Source of the DNA: Selaginella moellendorffii
Taxonomy: Eukaryota; Plantae; Lycopodiophyta
Reading direction: 5' to 3'
Assembly (NCBI RefSeq): GCF_000143415.4
Contig: NW_003314272.1
Location: forward strand, 1,372,374-1,436,373
Length of the DNA stretch: 64,000 bases
A model generated the notes under the pieces. The model saw nothing but the letters and a program-made list of their open reading frames with translations, ran no database searches and was not told the DNA's origin. The translations under genes were made by a program, and so were the position numbers. Shown here one piece after another: positions 11,002 through 22,589 of this stretch. The stretch's first letter is position 1. Every line of letters starts with the position of its first letter.

Positions 11002-13441
11002 CTAAGAATCCCCGCCAATATTTGTTTCAACCCTAAAAGCTAGTAGAAACCAAAAAAGCAAGGTTGTAGTACTAGTGATTCCTGGTTGGCAAACAAATAA
11101 AAAGATGGCGCTCCACAACATCGTGAAGAACCCACCAAGAAATCCCACTACAAAGGCCCCATTGGAGACGTTCTCCTTCCACCAAGTTGCACCATCGCCC
11201 ACGTCCACGAGGCCATCTCCTTCGCACGGCCGGGAGAGAGGCTCCCCGCACAGTCCTGGATTTCCCTCGTAGCTCGACGCGCCAAACTCCAGAGTCTCTG
11301 GAATCCTGCCTTCCAAGTCATTAAACACGACCCTCAGATCCTTGAGCAAGTGAAGCCTCGCCAGTCCCCCTGGTATCATCCCGTTGATCCGGTTGAAAGA
11401 GAGATCCAGCACTGCCATGGACGTCATCTCTCCCAGAGTCCATGGAATGCCTCCAGACAGTCGGTTGTGTGACAAGTTGAGCTCCCGGACTCCAGCCAGC
11501 TTTCCCAAGCTTGCGGGAATCTCACCAGTGAGCTGGTTCGCAGACAAGTCGAGCACTCCTGGCACCTCCAACTCCCTTGCGTATTGCTGGTACGTGTGTC
11601 CATCCACGATGCCAGCCAAATCCTCGGACACAGTTCTTCGGTATGCATCGGTGGAGTTCTCCGGAAACACTCCCGCCGGTGTCATGGACGATATGTTGAG
11701 AGCCTGGTTCTTGTCCGCGGTCTGGAAGCCGGTCCATTCACCGATGGACGCCGGAATCTCTCCACTCAGGAGGTTGGAGGATAGATCCAGTAGCTGCAAG
11801 GAGTCACAGCTTGCGAGGCTGCCAGGAATACCACCCGTGAGCTGGTTCTCGGAGAAGTCCACCTGTGTCAATCGTCGAAGCTGTCCGAGAGTGGCCGGGA
11901 TGGAGCCGTCCAGTTTGTTGTTGGAGAGATAGAGTATGGAAAGTTTGGAAAGGTTGCCAACGGAGGGAGGGATGGAGCCTGATAAGCTGTTGCCGTGCAG
12001 CCTCATGTCGATCATCTCTGGCGAAGCTGGAGCTGGAATCACTCCGGAGAGCTGGTTTCCGTAGAGGAGCAAACTCCGAAGCTTTGCCATCCTGGCGATG
12101 GACTCTGGTATTGCTCCACGGAAGAAGTTCCTCTCGAGGACCAGCTCTTCCAGGTTGGTGCAGTTCCCGAGCTCCTCTGGTATTGCTCCGGAGAGCTGGT
12201 TTCCATCGAGCATCAAAAGTCTGAGACGCTCAAGCGTGCCAAGCGATCGAGGAACGCCTCCCAGGAGTCTGTTGTCGGAGAGGATCAGCGTCTCCATCCT
12301 GGGACACTTGGACAGCTCGTCCGGAACGCTTCCTTCAAAGCGGTTCCCGTTGAGTGCCAGCGACCGAAGCCTTGTCAAGTTTCCGACGATCGGTGACAGG
12401 ATCCCTCGGCTGTTTGTCCTCCCCATTCCCAGAAACTCGAGCTGAGTCATGTTCCAGAGCTGTTCCGGGACCGGACGGTCTGAGGTGTTGTTGAAATAAG
12501 AGAGTTGCAAGGTGGCCAAGCGCGGGAGCTGAAGCAGCGACACTGGAATCGAGCCATGCATGAGCGAGTTTCCGTTGATATCAAACCACTCGAGCTTGCT
12601 GTTGTTGCCGATCTCAGGAGGAATTGGCCCCTCCAGCTGCTGCAAGCTATACAGCGAGAGCGCCACCAAGTTTTCGAGCCGTCCAAGCTCATCTGGTATC
12701 CTCCCGCCCAGAGAATTCTCCCCGAGCGCCAAGAGCTCGAGAGACGAGCAATTTGCAAAAACTGGTGGAATGAGCCCTTCCAACCGGTTTCTCTCCACGA
12801 AGAATACTCGCAGCTCCTGCATAGCCCCGACTTCCTGCGGAATCTCTCCTTCAACATCATTGCTCGTCAGCCAAATCTCCTGGAGCTTCGAGCAGTTCGC
12901 AAGGGACGGAGGAAGAGAACCTGACAAGCGGTTGTTGTCCAGGACGAGTATCTCCAACCTCTGGAGCGCTCCCAGCTGGGGCGGTATCGGACCTTGAAGC
13001 TGGTTTTGCTGGGCGTTGAGAAAACGAAGAGCGCTGCAGTTGCCGAGATCCCGAGGCAAGCTCCCAGTCAGTCTGTTACCCGAGACGTCCAAAGCTTGCA
13101 AGCTTTGCAGCAGCCCAAGCTCCGCAGGAAGAGATCCGACCAGCCGGTTTTTGCTCACGTCCAAGACTCGCAAACTCGCCAGCTGCCCGAGTGCCGGCGA
13201 CGAGATCTCACCTGTGAATCCATTTCCTGCCAGATGAAGCTCCACCACCTCTGAATCGTCACTGTTGCAAATCACTCCCTTCCAGTCGGTGCATGCTCGA
13301 TCGGAGTTTTCCACAGTCCAGTCTGAGGTGTTTCCCAGTCCCAGGAGGCTCCTTTTCAATGCAACCAAGACCCCAGCTTTGTGTGCGTGTAGAGGATCCA
13401 AGCGTGCTCAACAGGATCAGCGAGATCATGAGTTCCATCAT
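11002..13441 (-). pseudogene. LRR receptor-like protein copy A, frameshifted after the signal peptide
   Basis: Plant extracellular LRRs, island domain, GNPGLCG cap and TM segment GAFVVGFLGGFFTMLWSAIFLF. An 11-bp deletion (GCGTCACTCAA) near 13388 relative to copy B disconnects the ATG and signal peptide from the 799-codon frame. Confidence 0.88.
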
Positions 13442-13614
13442 CTGCAACGTGTTACTACTTCACTTCTCTTGACGGAGAGCCCTGCAATCCATCAGTCAGT
13501 CAAGGTGCGCCACGATTTGAACTTGACTTTGCGACCTACCTTTATCCGGCACGATTTTCTTGCTCTCATTTTGTCCCCGCCAACTCTGTACGTGAAACAT
13601 AAAGAAACGTAACT

Positions 13615-14815
13615 TCACCAGTGATCCCCACACGAGCAGGCTCCCTTCTCAAAGTGGTGGAACCGGCTCCCATCTCTCACAAAAATCCCCTTCTCAATGA
13701 TATCTGAGAGGGAGTGGCAGTCGGAGCACACCCGGTGGCTGTTGACGACTCCCAGCGGACTAGAATCGTCTGGATCTTTGGCGGCGATCAGTCCGTAGGC
13801 GATGGCAAGCCTTTTGCTGTGGAAGCACAGGCTACGTTGTTTCTCCTCCTCGCTTGTGCCACCCTGCTGCTCCAAGTAAACTTCCCTCGTGTCGGGGACG
13901 TATCCAGCTTGCTTCATGGGCTCTAAAAGTTCCAGCAGCAGGGACCGGACCCTCTCCATCGTCCGGCCGTCGTGACCCTCGTGCTGCTCGTCTCTACCAC
14001 CACTCGTAAACATGTGTAGCTCGTTGTCAATCTCGATGTAGCTTACTGCCACTGGGCTTGTCACTCCGCGCTCTTCCATCTCCTTCAGAACTCTTCGAGC
14101 GTCGTCAAATCGCTTGGCAGCGGCGTACATGTTGGAGAGGAAGACGTGAGGGAGAGTCTCTGCCGGTGCTAGCTCGAAAACTTTCCTGGCGGCTCTCTCG
14201 CCACGATCCAAGTCACCGTGGCGCTTGCAACCCGACAGTAAAGTCATCCAGGCCACTGCGTCTGCTTAGTTTCCACCAGCTCTCCGGCGTCTCCCAGTCT
14301 TCCCGAGCGGCCCAGAACGTCCACCATGCAAAGGTAGTGCTCCACCAATGGTACCACCCCGTGGTCCATCACCAAAGACTGGAGGAAATCTCGACAATCA
14401 GCCACGAGTGAAGTATGGCTGCAAGCAACCAAGACGCTCACGAACGTGATTCCGTCGGCTGGAATACCTTCCTGTAAATCCTGAGGTTTCTTACGACCGT
14501 GCTGTGTGAAGGCGGCGATCATCGCATTGCAAGAGAAGGCGTCTCTCGTCTTCATCCTGTTAAACACGCGTCTCGCGTCGTCCAGGCTTCCACACCTCGC
14601 GTACATGCTGAGCAAGGAAGTCTTCATCTGCGGGGACGCGAGATTGGCTTCCACAACTCGGTGATGAATCTCTCGGCCTTCGTCCAAAGCTCCCAGCAGT
14701 GCACAGGCATTGAGAGCACTGGAGAAGCTCACACCACTCGGCTCCACGTCCATCCTCTTGAGAAGGTTGAGAGCCTCCTGTGGATTCCCATGCTGAGCGT
14801 AGGCCGCGATCATCT
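13615..14815 (-). pseudogene. PLS-class PPR-E-DYW RNA-editing factor, 3' part, copy A; frameshifted and interrupted by copia
   Basis: PPR motifs ([23 protein letters not shown]), GYVPDT, HSKRLAIAYGL, CSDCH and terminal CSCGDHW; frameshift near 14250. Confidence 0.92.
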
Positions 14816-14998
14816 TGTTGAGGACTTAAGCCGCAATCTCAAGCTGGGATGCCACGTCAGCAGAAGGGACACATCCGTTTAGGTTCTGTAGGTGATCACG
14901 CCCGACACATTCTGTTCTTGATCCGTCTTCCGCAATAAAGGTGGACCCAGCATGGAGCGCTGCTGCGCTCACAAGGCTGGGTATCCCATTTCATAACA
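14816..14998 (+). repeat. Copia 5' LTR (183 bp)
   Basis: Begins TGTTG where PPR homology stops, contains AATAAA, and ends CATAACA directly before the PBS. Confidence 0.85.
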
Positions 14999-15010
14999 TG
15001 GTATCGGAGC
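14999..15010 (+). promoter_or_regulatory. Primer binding site, tRNA-iMet type
   Basis: TGGTATCGGAGC. Confidence 0.9.
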
Positions 15011-15033
15011 CCGTGTGAAGAACGATCCTGAAG

Positions 15034-18000
15034 ATGGGGAGTGTGCGCGACGCCATAGAGATCTTTGATGGCAAGGATTTCAGCGGATGGCAGGAGCAAC
15101 TCGAGTACTACTTTATGCAGAAGGAGCTGTGGCCAGTGGTCGACGGTTCCTGGACGCGCCCTCCCACAACGGACAAGGCTGACCGCAAAGAGTGGGATGG
15201 AAAGAACATCAAGGCCTTGGGCATTCTAGGCAGAGGCCTGGGCAAGGTGTTCAGTTGCCATCTCGACATCACGAAGACTGCATCACGAAGACACCAGTGA
15301 GTGAACCGAAGCTCAAGTCGGTTGTCATCAAAGGCGTGGCGAAGTATCTTCTGACAACAGCGACTACTCACTCGTCAAAGAAATTTGACGAAATGGTCCT
15401 TCAGTTGAAGTCAGCAGAGAACTTGATGGAGACCAATGAGGGAGTTGGATCTCAAGATCAAGCGCTATTTGCTGGTCAATCTTCAAAGGGCAAGCGATCT
15501 GCAACAGTGTGGGACAGGTTGGGCCCAATGAATTCTCCAGGGACTGATGGAACCAGTGGGAGCAAGTCCAAGAAGAAGAAGAAGAAAAACGACGGCCTTT
15601 GCAACATTTGCAAGAAACCTGGTCATTGGGCAAGAGACTGCACCAATGAAGAAGCAAAGAAAGCCAAGGAAGCTAGAAAGCGAGACAAAGGCAAGCAAGT
15701 GGCTAACTTTGCAGCAGCTGATTCAGATGACGAGCATGGCAGTCTGTTCATGGCTTCGTTAGAGGATCAGCAGGTGACAAAACATGGTCTGTTGAAAGCA
15801 GAAGTAATCTGGGTGGACTCAGGAGCAAACAGGCACATGACATACATCAGAGAGCTGTTTGGCAAGCTGAGACCAGTTCCAGACGACAAGAGGATTTACC
15901 TTGGTGACGATTACTCGCACAGTGTGCAAGGAGTTGGGACAATCAAGGTGAAACTTGCCAATGGTCAGAAAGTGAACGTGAGCAATGTCTACTATGTGCC
16001 TGGTGTCAAGAAGACTCTTTTCTCAGTGGGGAAGATAGCAGACGCAGGCTGCAAGATTGACTTTAACGAGAAAAGGTGCACCATCTCACGAGAAGGCTAT
16101 GAGCTAGCATCGGGACGCCGACATGCAGGGCTCTATTGCCTGAATGCTGAAGTGGTGTATCCTGAGAGGTTAATGCTCAGTAGCAGCGTGGAAGACAAAC
16201 CAGCTACACTAGACACTTGGCACAGGAGATTAGGCCACTCTTCCATCAAGAGAGTACAGCAGCTAGCAAGAGGACAACTTGTCCGAGGACTGAACATTGC
16301 TCCATCATCAGCTGGATTTTGTGAGCCTTGTGTCCTCAGTAAGCAGCATCGCCTTCCATTTCGCTCAGGTGTAAGTGAAAGAGGGAAGGATGTCCTGGAG
16401 CTGGTACACTCTGATCTATGTGGCCCAATGCAGACCATGTCAAGGACAAAGAAGAAATACTTTGTCACATTCATCGACGATTTTTCAAGGATGGTAGCAG
16501 TGAAGTTTTTGCTGCACAAGTCAGAGGCCTTTGAAGCTTTCAAGGTCTACAAGCTGCAAGCGGAGCTTGAGACAAGCAGAAAAATCAAGATGCTGAGAAG
16601 TGATGGTGGTGGAGAGTTCACCTCTAACGCCTTTAAGGAGTTCTGTGAGCAAGCTGGAATTAAGCGGCAACTTTCAGTGCCTTCAACTCCTGAGCAAAAT
16701 GGCGTGGCTGAGAGGATGAACCGAACTCTTGTGGAGATGGCACGAGCGATCTTGCAAGATGCAGGCATGCCAAATTTCTTTTGGTGTGATGCTGTGAAGA
16801 CAGCAGCCTACTTGAGGAATAGGCTGATTACTTCTGCTGTCAAGGGACGAACACCTTATGAGGTGTGGTATGGGAAGGCACCAGACGTGAGCCATCTCAG
16901 GATCTTTGGGTGTGTAGCTTATGCACTCAAGGACGAGCCCAAGAAGCTGGACAGTAGAAGTGAGAAGTGCATTCTCCTTGGCTATGCAAGCAAGATGAAG
17001 GGTTACAAGCTCTTCAACCTGAACACCAGGAAGGTGATCACGAGCAGGAATGTCATCTTCGACGAGTCTAAGATGTACAACACCAAGAACCAGCTAGCAA
17101 CCACCTCGCAGCAGATGCCGTTACTCATTAGTGGTAAGCAAACCCTAATTGAGGATAGCGACAGCGAGGAGGAAGATGCCTCTCGACGGCAGCGTGCACA
17201 CTCAGGCGGAGCAGCTACAGGTGGAGGTGGAGTCGTGGCTCAAGTTCCTCCCAGGGCAGGCCGAACTCTTCCAAGGAGTGTCTCAGATCTCTCACCTTCT
17301 CTCAATTTCGAGGAAGGCAGCTCTAGTGAGAGCAGCCAGCAGCAGGAAAGCAGCCAGCAGCAGGAAGCAGCAGCACCTCGTAGATCCAGTCGTGTTCGTG
17401 TCTTGACTGAACAAGGACAGCAGTACAGAGAGGATGTGGCATTAAAGCAGGCTCTTGAGGCTTCTAGAGTTGAAGCCAGAGCAGCTCGTGATCGCAGTGC
17501 ATCTGAGCCACCTCCAGTAACCTCAGCAGCATTTTATTATGCTGCAAGCTCACCGTCCCAGCAGCAGGAGGAAGTTCCTTCTGAGGACATGGAACTCGAT
17601 TTTCTAGCACTCTTTCACCAAGCAGAAGCCACAGTACCCAAGACCCTGCAAGAAGCCTTGGCTGGTCCAAATGCAGCAGAGTGGCAGCATGCAATTTTCC
17701 TAGAGTATCAATCTCTGATGGAAAATGAAACGTGGGACTTGGTGGAGCTTCCTACAGGCAGAAGAATCGTGAGTACAAAGTGGCTGTTCCGGATCAAGTA
17801 TAAGCCAGATGGCTCTATTGATCGTTACAAGGCCAGATTTGTAGCTCGAGGATTTTCTCAAGTAGAAGGAGTGGACTTTGCAGAAACATTTTCACCAGTG
17901 GTGAAACATGCATCGATCAGGATGTTGCTGAACATTGCTGCTCAAGAAAACTTGGAAGTCGAGCAGATGGACGTCACCACAGCTTTTCTGAATGGAGATC

Positions 18001-18808
18001 TACATGAGGAGGTCTTTATCTCGCAACCAGAGGGCTTTGTTGTTCCAGGGAAGGAACATTTAGTGTGCCGGTTGAAGAAGGCTTTATATGGCCTTAAACA
18101 AGCACCCAGGGCCTGGTACGAGAAAATGGACGCTTATCTCTTGGGTTTGGGGTTCTCCAAGACTTCAGCTGACAGTAACGTGTACTTGAAGCGAGTGGGA
18201 GAATTTCGAGCCATGATAGCTCTCTATGTGGATGACTGCATCCTTTTCTCAAGTGAAGGTGCTACCATGAAGCAGTTGAAGCTGGATTTGGGGTGCCGAT
18301 TCAAGATGGTTGACATGGGACCTCTTCACTACTGCCTTGGCATTCAGATCTTCCGAGACAGGAGGAAGGGAGTGATTCAGATGTCTCAGAAGAAGTACAT
18401 TCTGGACGTGGTTCAGAGGTTTCAACTCAGTGAGCTGAACCCAGCAACCACACCTATGGAGGTTGGTCTAAAACTCTCACAGGATATGTCACCGACAACA
18501 CCAGCTGAACAGGAACATATGAAGCGGATCCCATATAGGCAGATGGTGGGAAGCTTAGTGTACCTGATGGTGTGTACGAGGCCAGACATAGCCTATGCAG
18601 TGGGAGCAGTTTCACAGCACTTGGAAAATCCTGGCTACCAGCACTGGTTAGCAGTAAAGCAGATTTTCAGATACTTGAAGGGGACTGCCAACTATGGTCT
18701 TGTTTACAAGCAGCAGCCTAGGGGTATTCAGCTCGTTGGATACTCAGATGCTGATTGGGCTAGTGAAGTTGACAAGAGGAAGTCCACTTCAGGCTATATG
18801 TTCAGCCT
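15034..18808 (+). CDS. Copia gag-pol polyprotein; frameshift/deletion in gag near 15290, runs into gap
   Basis: FDGKDFSGW gag start, CNICKKPGHWARDC zinc knuckle, WVDSGAN protease, WHRRLGH/VHSDLCGP/SDGGGEF integrase, YVDD RT and YSDADWA RNase H. Confidence 0.92.
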
Positions 18809-18908
18809 NNNNNNNNNNNNNNNNNNNNNNNNNNNNNNNNNNNNNNNNNNNNNNNNNNNNNNNNNNNNNNNNNNNNNNNNNNNNNNNNNNNNNNNNNNNN
18901 NNNNNNNN
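18809..18908. other. Assembly gap (100 N)
   Basis: Run of N. Confidence 1.
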
Positions 18909-19224
18909 AAGGCTCACCCGATCAATATTTCCAGCAGACATCTGTGATCTACCGAACTGTTTCAGCAGCTCCAGCACCTACAAACATGGCAGTTCCACAT
19001 CTATGGCCGACAACTTATGCCAGCGGGAGTGACGAGATCTTTCCAGCGTTGACCACCAAGACTTTTATGAAAGTTGAGAGCATTGGAAACGTGGAGATCA
19101 TCGGTTGGGATAAGGTGTTAATACTGATCCACTAAAGTGAACTAATATACTCCAAAAGTTATGAAAGAATATTATTACAAGTGGTTTAATCCTACATACA
19201 CATTTATTATAACATTAAAACGAT

Positions 19225-20051
19225 TCACATAAATAGTCATTTGGATCCGAATGGTAGAATGAAGGTGGCTTCTGGATGTAGAAACCAAGTCCCATGGAAT
19301 GGTTCAGCAGCGGATTGTCAAGCCCATGGTAGCGTCCTGTGACATATACCCAGCGGAGGTGTCCAGATGTAAAACAAGGATACTATGTTGCATAGTCCAC
19401 CAGGTCTTTGTTCCCAGTCTCCTCGCCCATCTTCATCAGCTTCTTTTGGAGTTGAAGGATCTTGGCTTCGGTCTCCTGGATCATTTTGCATACTTTGTCG
19501 ACAGCCTCTTGAAAGCTTGCATTATTCGGGCTGTGGCAAAAGATGACACAGAGATAGTTGTGGAAGCACTTGATTTTCATCTCGTGTCGGAAGAAGAAGA
19601 GAACATTGATAAGGGCGGTGTGATCAGCCACTGAAATCTGGAGATTCAACCATACCCTTATCCAGCTTGAGATCCATGCAAAACTCACACATAATACCTC
19701 TGGCTCCTTCAACGAAAACTGTCCCTCTCCTGAGCAACTGATATTTCTCGAGACTTGGGATGGATTTGGCAGATCGCAAAGAGGCCTCCTCCACTAAAGA
19801 ATCCAGAAATGTTAAACAAATCATATAGCGAGCAGTGGGGGATCCATGAGACTCCGAAAGCTCGACATCACCTCCTCAAACATGGCATAGCTAGGATGCT
19901 TCTGCTTCTCTTTTTCACTCAAGACATAGCTTCCCTTAGCAACTTCAAGCAAAATATCAGCAGCTTTTGTCCCCTCAATTGGTGGAGGTGCCGCTCCTTG
20001 CCCAACTTGGCTGATGGCTCTCAAGCATAGAATTTGAGACAAGCTTGCTAT
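19225..20051 (-). pseudogene. Microbial terpene synthase-like (MTPSL) gene relic, copy A
   Basis: IPSLEKYQLLRRGT, degenerate NSE/DTE motif (DHTALINVLFFFRHE), HNYLCV and GHLRWVYVTGRYHG (WxxxxxRY). Start codon is ATA, the DDxxE segment is deleted, and there are frameshifts. Confidence 0.82.
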
Positions 20052-20842
20052 AAACTTCTCTACACAGAAAAAAAGGGGGAAAAACCATTCACTCCATTAG
20101 GATGATGCTAATTTGGAAGATCTCTAGAATATTCAAGTATATAAATAGGAAATATAGAACGAACTATTGGTTTTTCTAGCAATATTCTCAAAAAACACAT
20201 CTTTCTTTATTCAATTTTCATTTCAGTTGTTAAAATTTCAGTTTCATTTCCAACCACAATTACAATATTTAGGTTGAATTTTTTTTAGTATAGCTATTGA
20301 AATTCCTAAAAACAAGAAAGGCATTTATAGTTTTTATTCTTTTATTTTCTATTTTAATTTCTTAGATCAGACTTAAAAATTATGGTACTTCTTCATTTTA
20401 AAACATTAAGGTGATTATGTGTATTTATTGTCCACCAAAATTTATTAAGTACTTTTTCTTAGTTTTAAACATTTTGTATTGTTAGAAATGTGATAATTAA
20501 AAAATTTAAAAAGCTTTTTTAATAGATTACACTACTATTTTCTCTTGGTATATAAAATAATGTAACAACATATTGAAGAATAAATACACAAACACCATAA
20601 TAGTTTACAATATTAATTAATTTCAATAAAAGATTTATTCCTGAATATTATAATTTGATTTTACATTTAATATTTAAGATTGTCAAAGTAATATCACAAC
20701 CATTCTTAATATGATTTCTAACATACTTATCAAATATACTTTTCCTAAAACAGTGAAAAGGTTTAAAAAATACTAAATATTCAACACAGTTCTGTTTTTA
20801 TTAATTCTAAATTTATCAGTATAAAACTAATAATATTCATTG

Positions 20843-20900
20843 ATATATATATATATATATATATACATACATACATACATACATATACATACACATATAA
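20843..20900. repeat. (TA)n(TACA)n compound microsatellite
   Basis: Direct reading. Confidence 0.9.
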
Positions 20901-21964
20901 ATATAATGTCCACATTAAATAATACTAATATTTGATTTTCTTTTTCTAACTCATTAATTTCTTTTTATTTCTATTTTCTCTACTTATAACCAGCTACTAA
21001 GTTTCTAAAAATTTTCATTTTTCAAACCAAGGTTTCATGGTCTCAATAATTATTATATTAAAGGTTTAGTGTGCATAATTCATATAGTGGTGGGTTAATT
21101 TATCATATTTGGGTGATTTTTATATGACTCAAAAGTATAAGCAATAAATCTATTTATAACAGACATCTTTAGTCCTCATGAATTGGAATATTCTATTTTT
21201 ATTTTAATGTATTCTAACATAAAGAAGAAGATGATAATATATACTTTTGGAACTTATGCTTTAATTTCTATGAGAATTTTGAAATAGCTATGAAAACCTA
21301 ATTTATTTGTATGGACTTGACCTTTATTTTTATGGGATCTTATTTAATTAACAATACTTTACAATTTCATCATTTTTGGAGTTTAGAATTAGATAGTCTA
21401 AATTTACTATGGACAACTATTTAAGCTGGATATGAATAGAATGATAGTTTGATTTTTTTTGTTTTAATGAAGTATGCCAACTTGAAAAGAAATAGTTGCT
21501 TGAGTATAAAAGAGTCATTCGTGAAGTAGACATTTAAACTATATGTTCTTATATCCATTGTGACAATATTTCCAAATTTCTCCTTAAAGATTTGTATATT
21601 AATATTATAAATCTCTCTCACCAAAATAGAAAATGAATGAGTTTAAACAATAATCTTATTCTTCTTAATAAAAATATAATATTAAGAGTTAATTTTACTG
21701 AGTAATAATGCATTGTGCCTAGAGGTAATAAACTAAACCTAAAAATAAATTCATACTTTTGTGTTTGAGGAAGTTATTGTACACCTATTGTTCTATGTGA
21801 GTCAGTGTTTCTATTACACTAAATATGATTTTAGAATTGCATTGAAAATAGTTAATTGAATAACTAAGAAGACTATCAAAAACCATAAAAAAAACTGGTT
21901 TTATAAAACCTGTGTAAAGAATATACATAGAATATCCAAAAGTATTTAAATATTCACCACTGCT

Positions 21965-22295
21965 CTTAATAAGCATTGCAAAAGATTGTCAACGATCACA
22001 AGGAGACGGCACGGGAATGTAAGGTCTTCCTTGATATCATGCTCGAGTTCTACAGAGCAAATACCCAGGGAGAAACAAAGAGTTCTTGCTAGTTTGTGAT
22101 TACAATAACTTTCATTCCTGCTTATGGCTGGACCTGATACATCTGCCACCACAAGCGAGTGGCTCATGCCCTCAGTGATGCACAATCCTCGGGTTTTGAT
22201 CAAACTCCAGGAAGAGCTTGACAGAGCCGTAGGTGGCAACCGAATGGTCCAAGAATCTGACCTGACATTGGTGAATGCTTGGGCCGTCCACATGC
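21965..22295 (+). pseudogene. Inverted P450 fragment, unit A
   Basis: MAGPDTSATTSEW..KLQEELDRAVG..LVNAWAVHM; homologous to 1765-2075. Confidence 0.9.
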
Positions 22296-22589
22296 ATCAA
22301 CAATGAGCATGTGCATTGTATGTTACTTGGGGGTATTTTTATCCTATTGATATTGAGCATTTGAAAATAAATACTAAAAACTCATAAACTTTTAGGATGT
22401 TTATGAAGAATATAAATTCACATTGAAAATCTCGAGAAAGAGAAATGAAATTTGGTTGTGGATGTTGTGGTTAATGGGGTAATAACTGATGCACCAATTT
22501 AAAGTTTTAAAATTTCTTATTGATTTTTAGTTATAAACCTAATATAAAAAAACTTTCCCTTTATTGTTTTACTTGATCTCAGCTGACCC

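Larger units (their letters stand above)
14816..18808 (+). mobile_element. Ty1/copia LTR retrotransposon; 3' end lost in the assembly gap
   Basis: TG..CA LTR, PBS and gag-PR-INT-RT-RNaseH domain order. Confidence 0.95.

Noticed and set aside
11075-13612. Many overlapping antisense ORFs across the LRR, PPR, P450 and pol regions
   Set aside because: These are shadow frames of GC-rich coding sequence, repeated only because the host gene is duplicated.
19225-20051. MTPSL as microbial contamination or very recent horizontal transfer
   Set aside because: It is embedded three times in a plant module among PPR, RLP and intron-containing P450 genes, and MTPSLs are an established family in non-seed plants.
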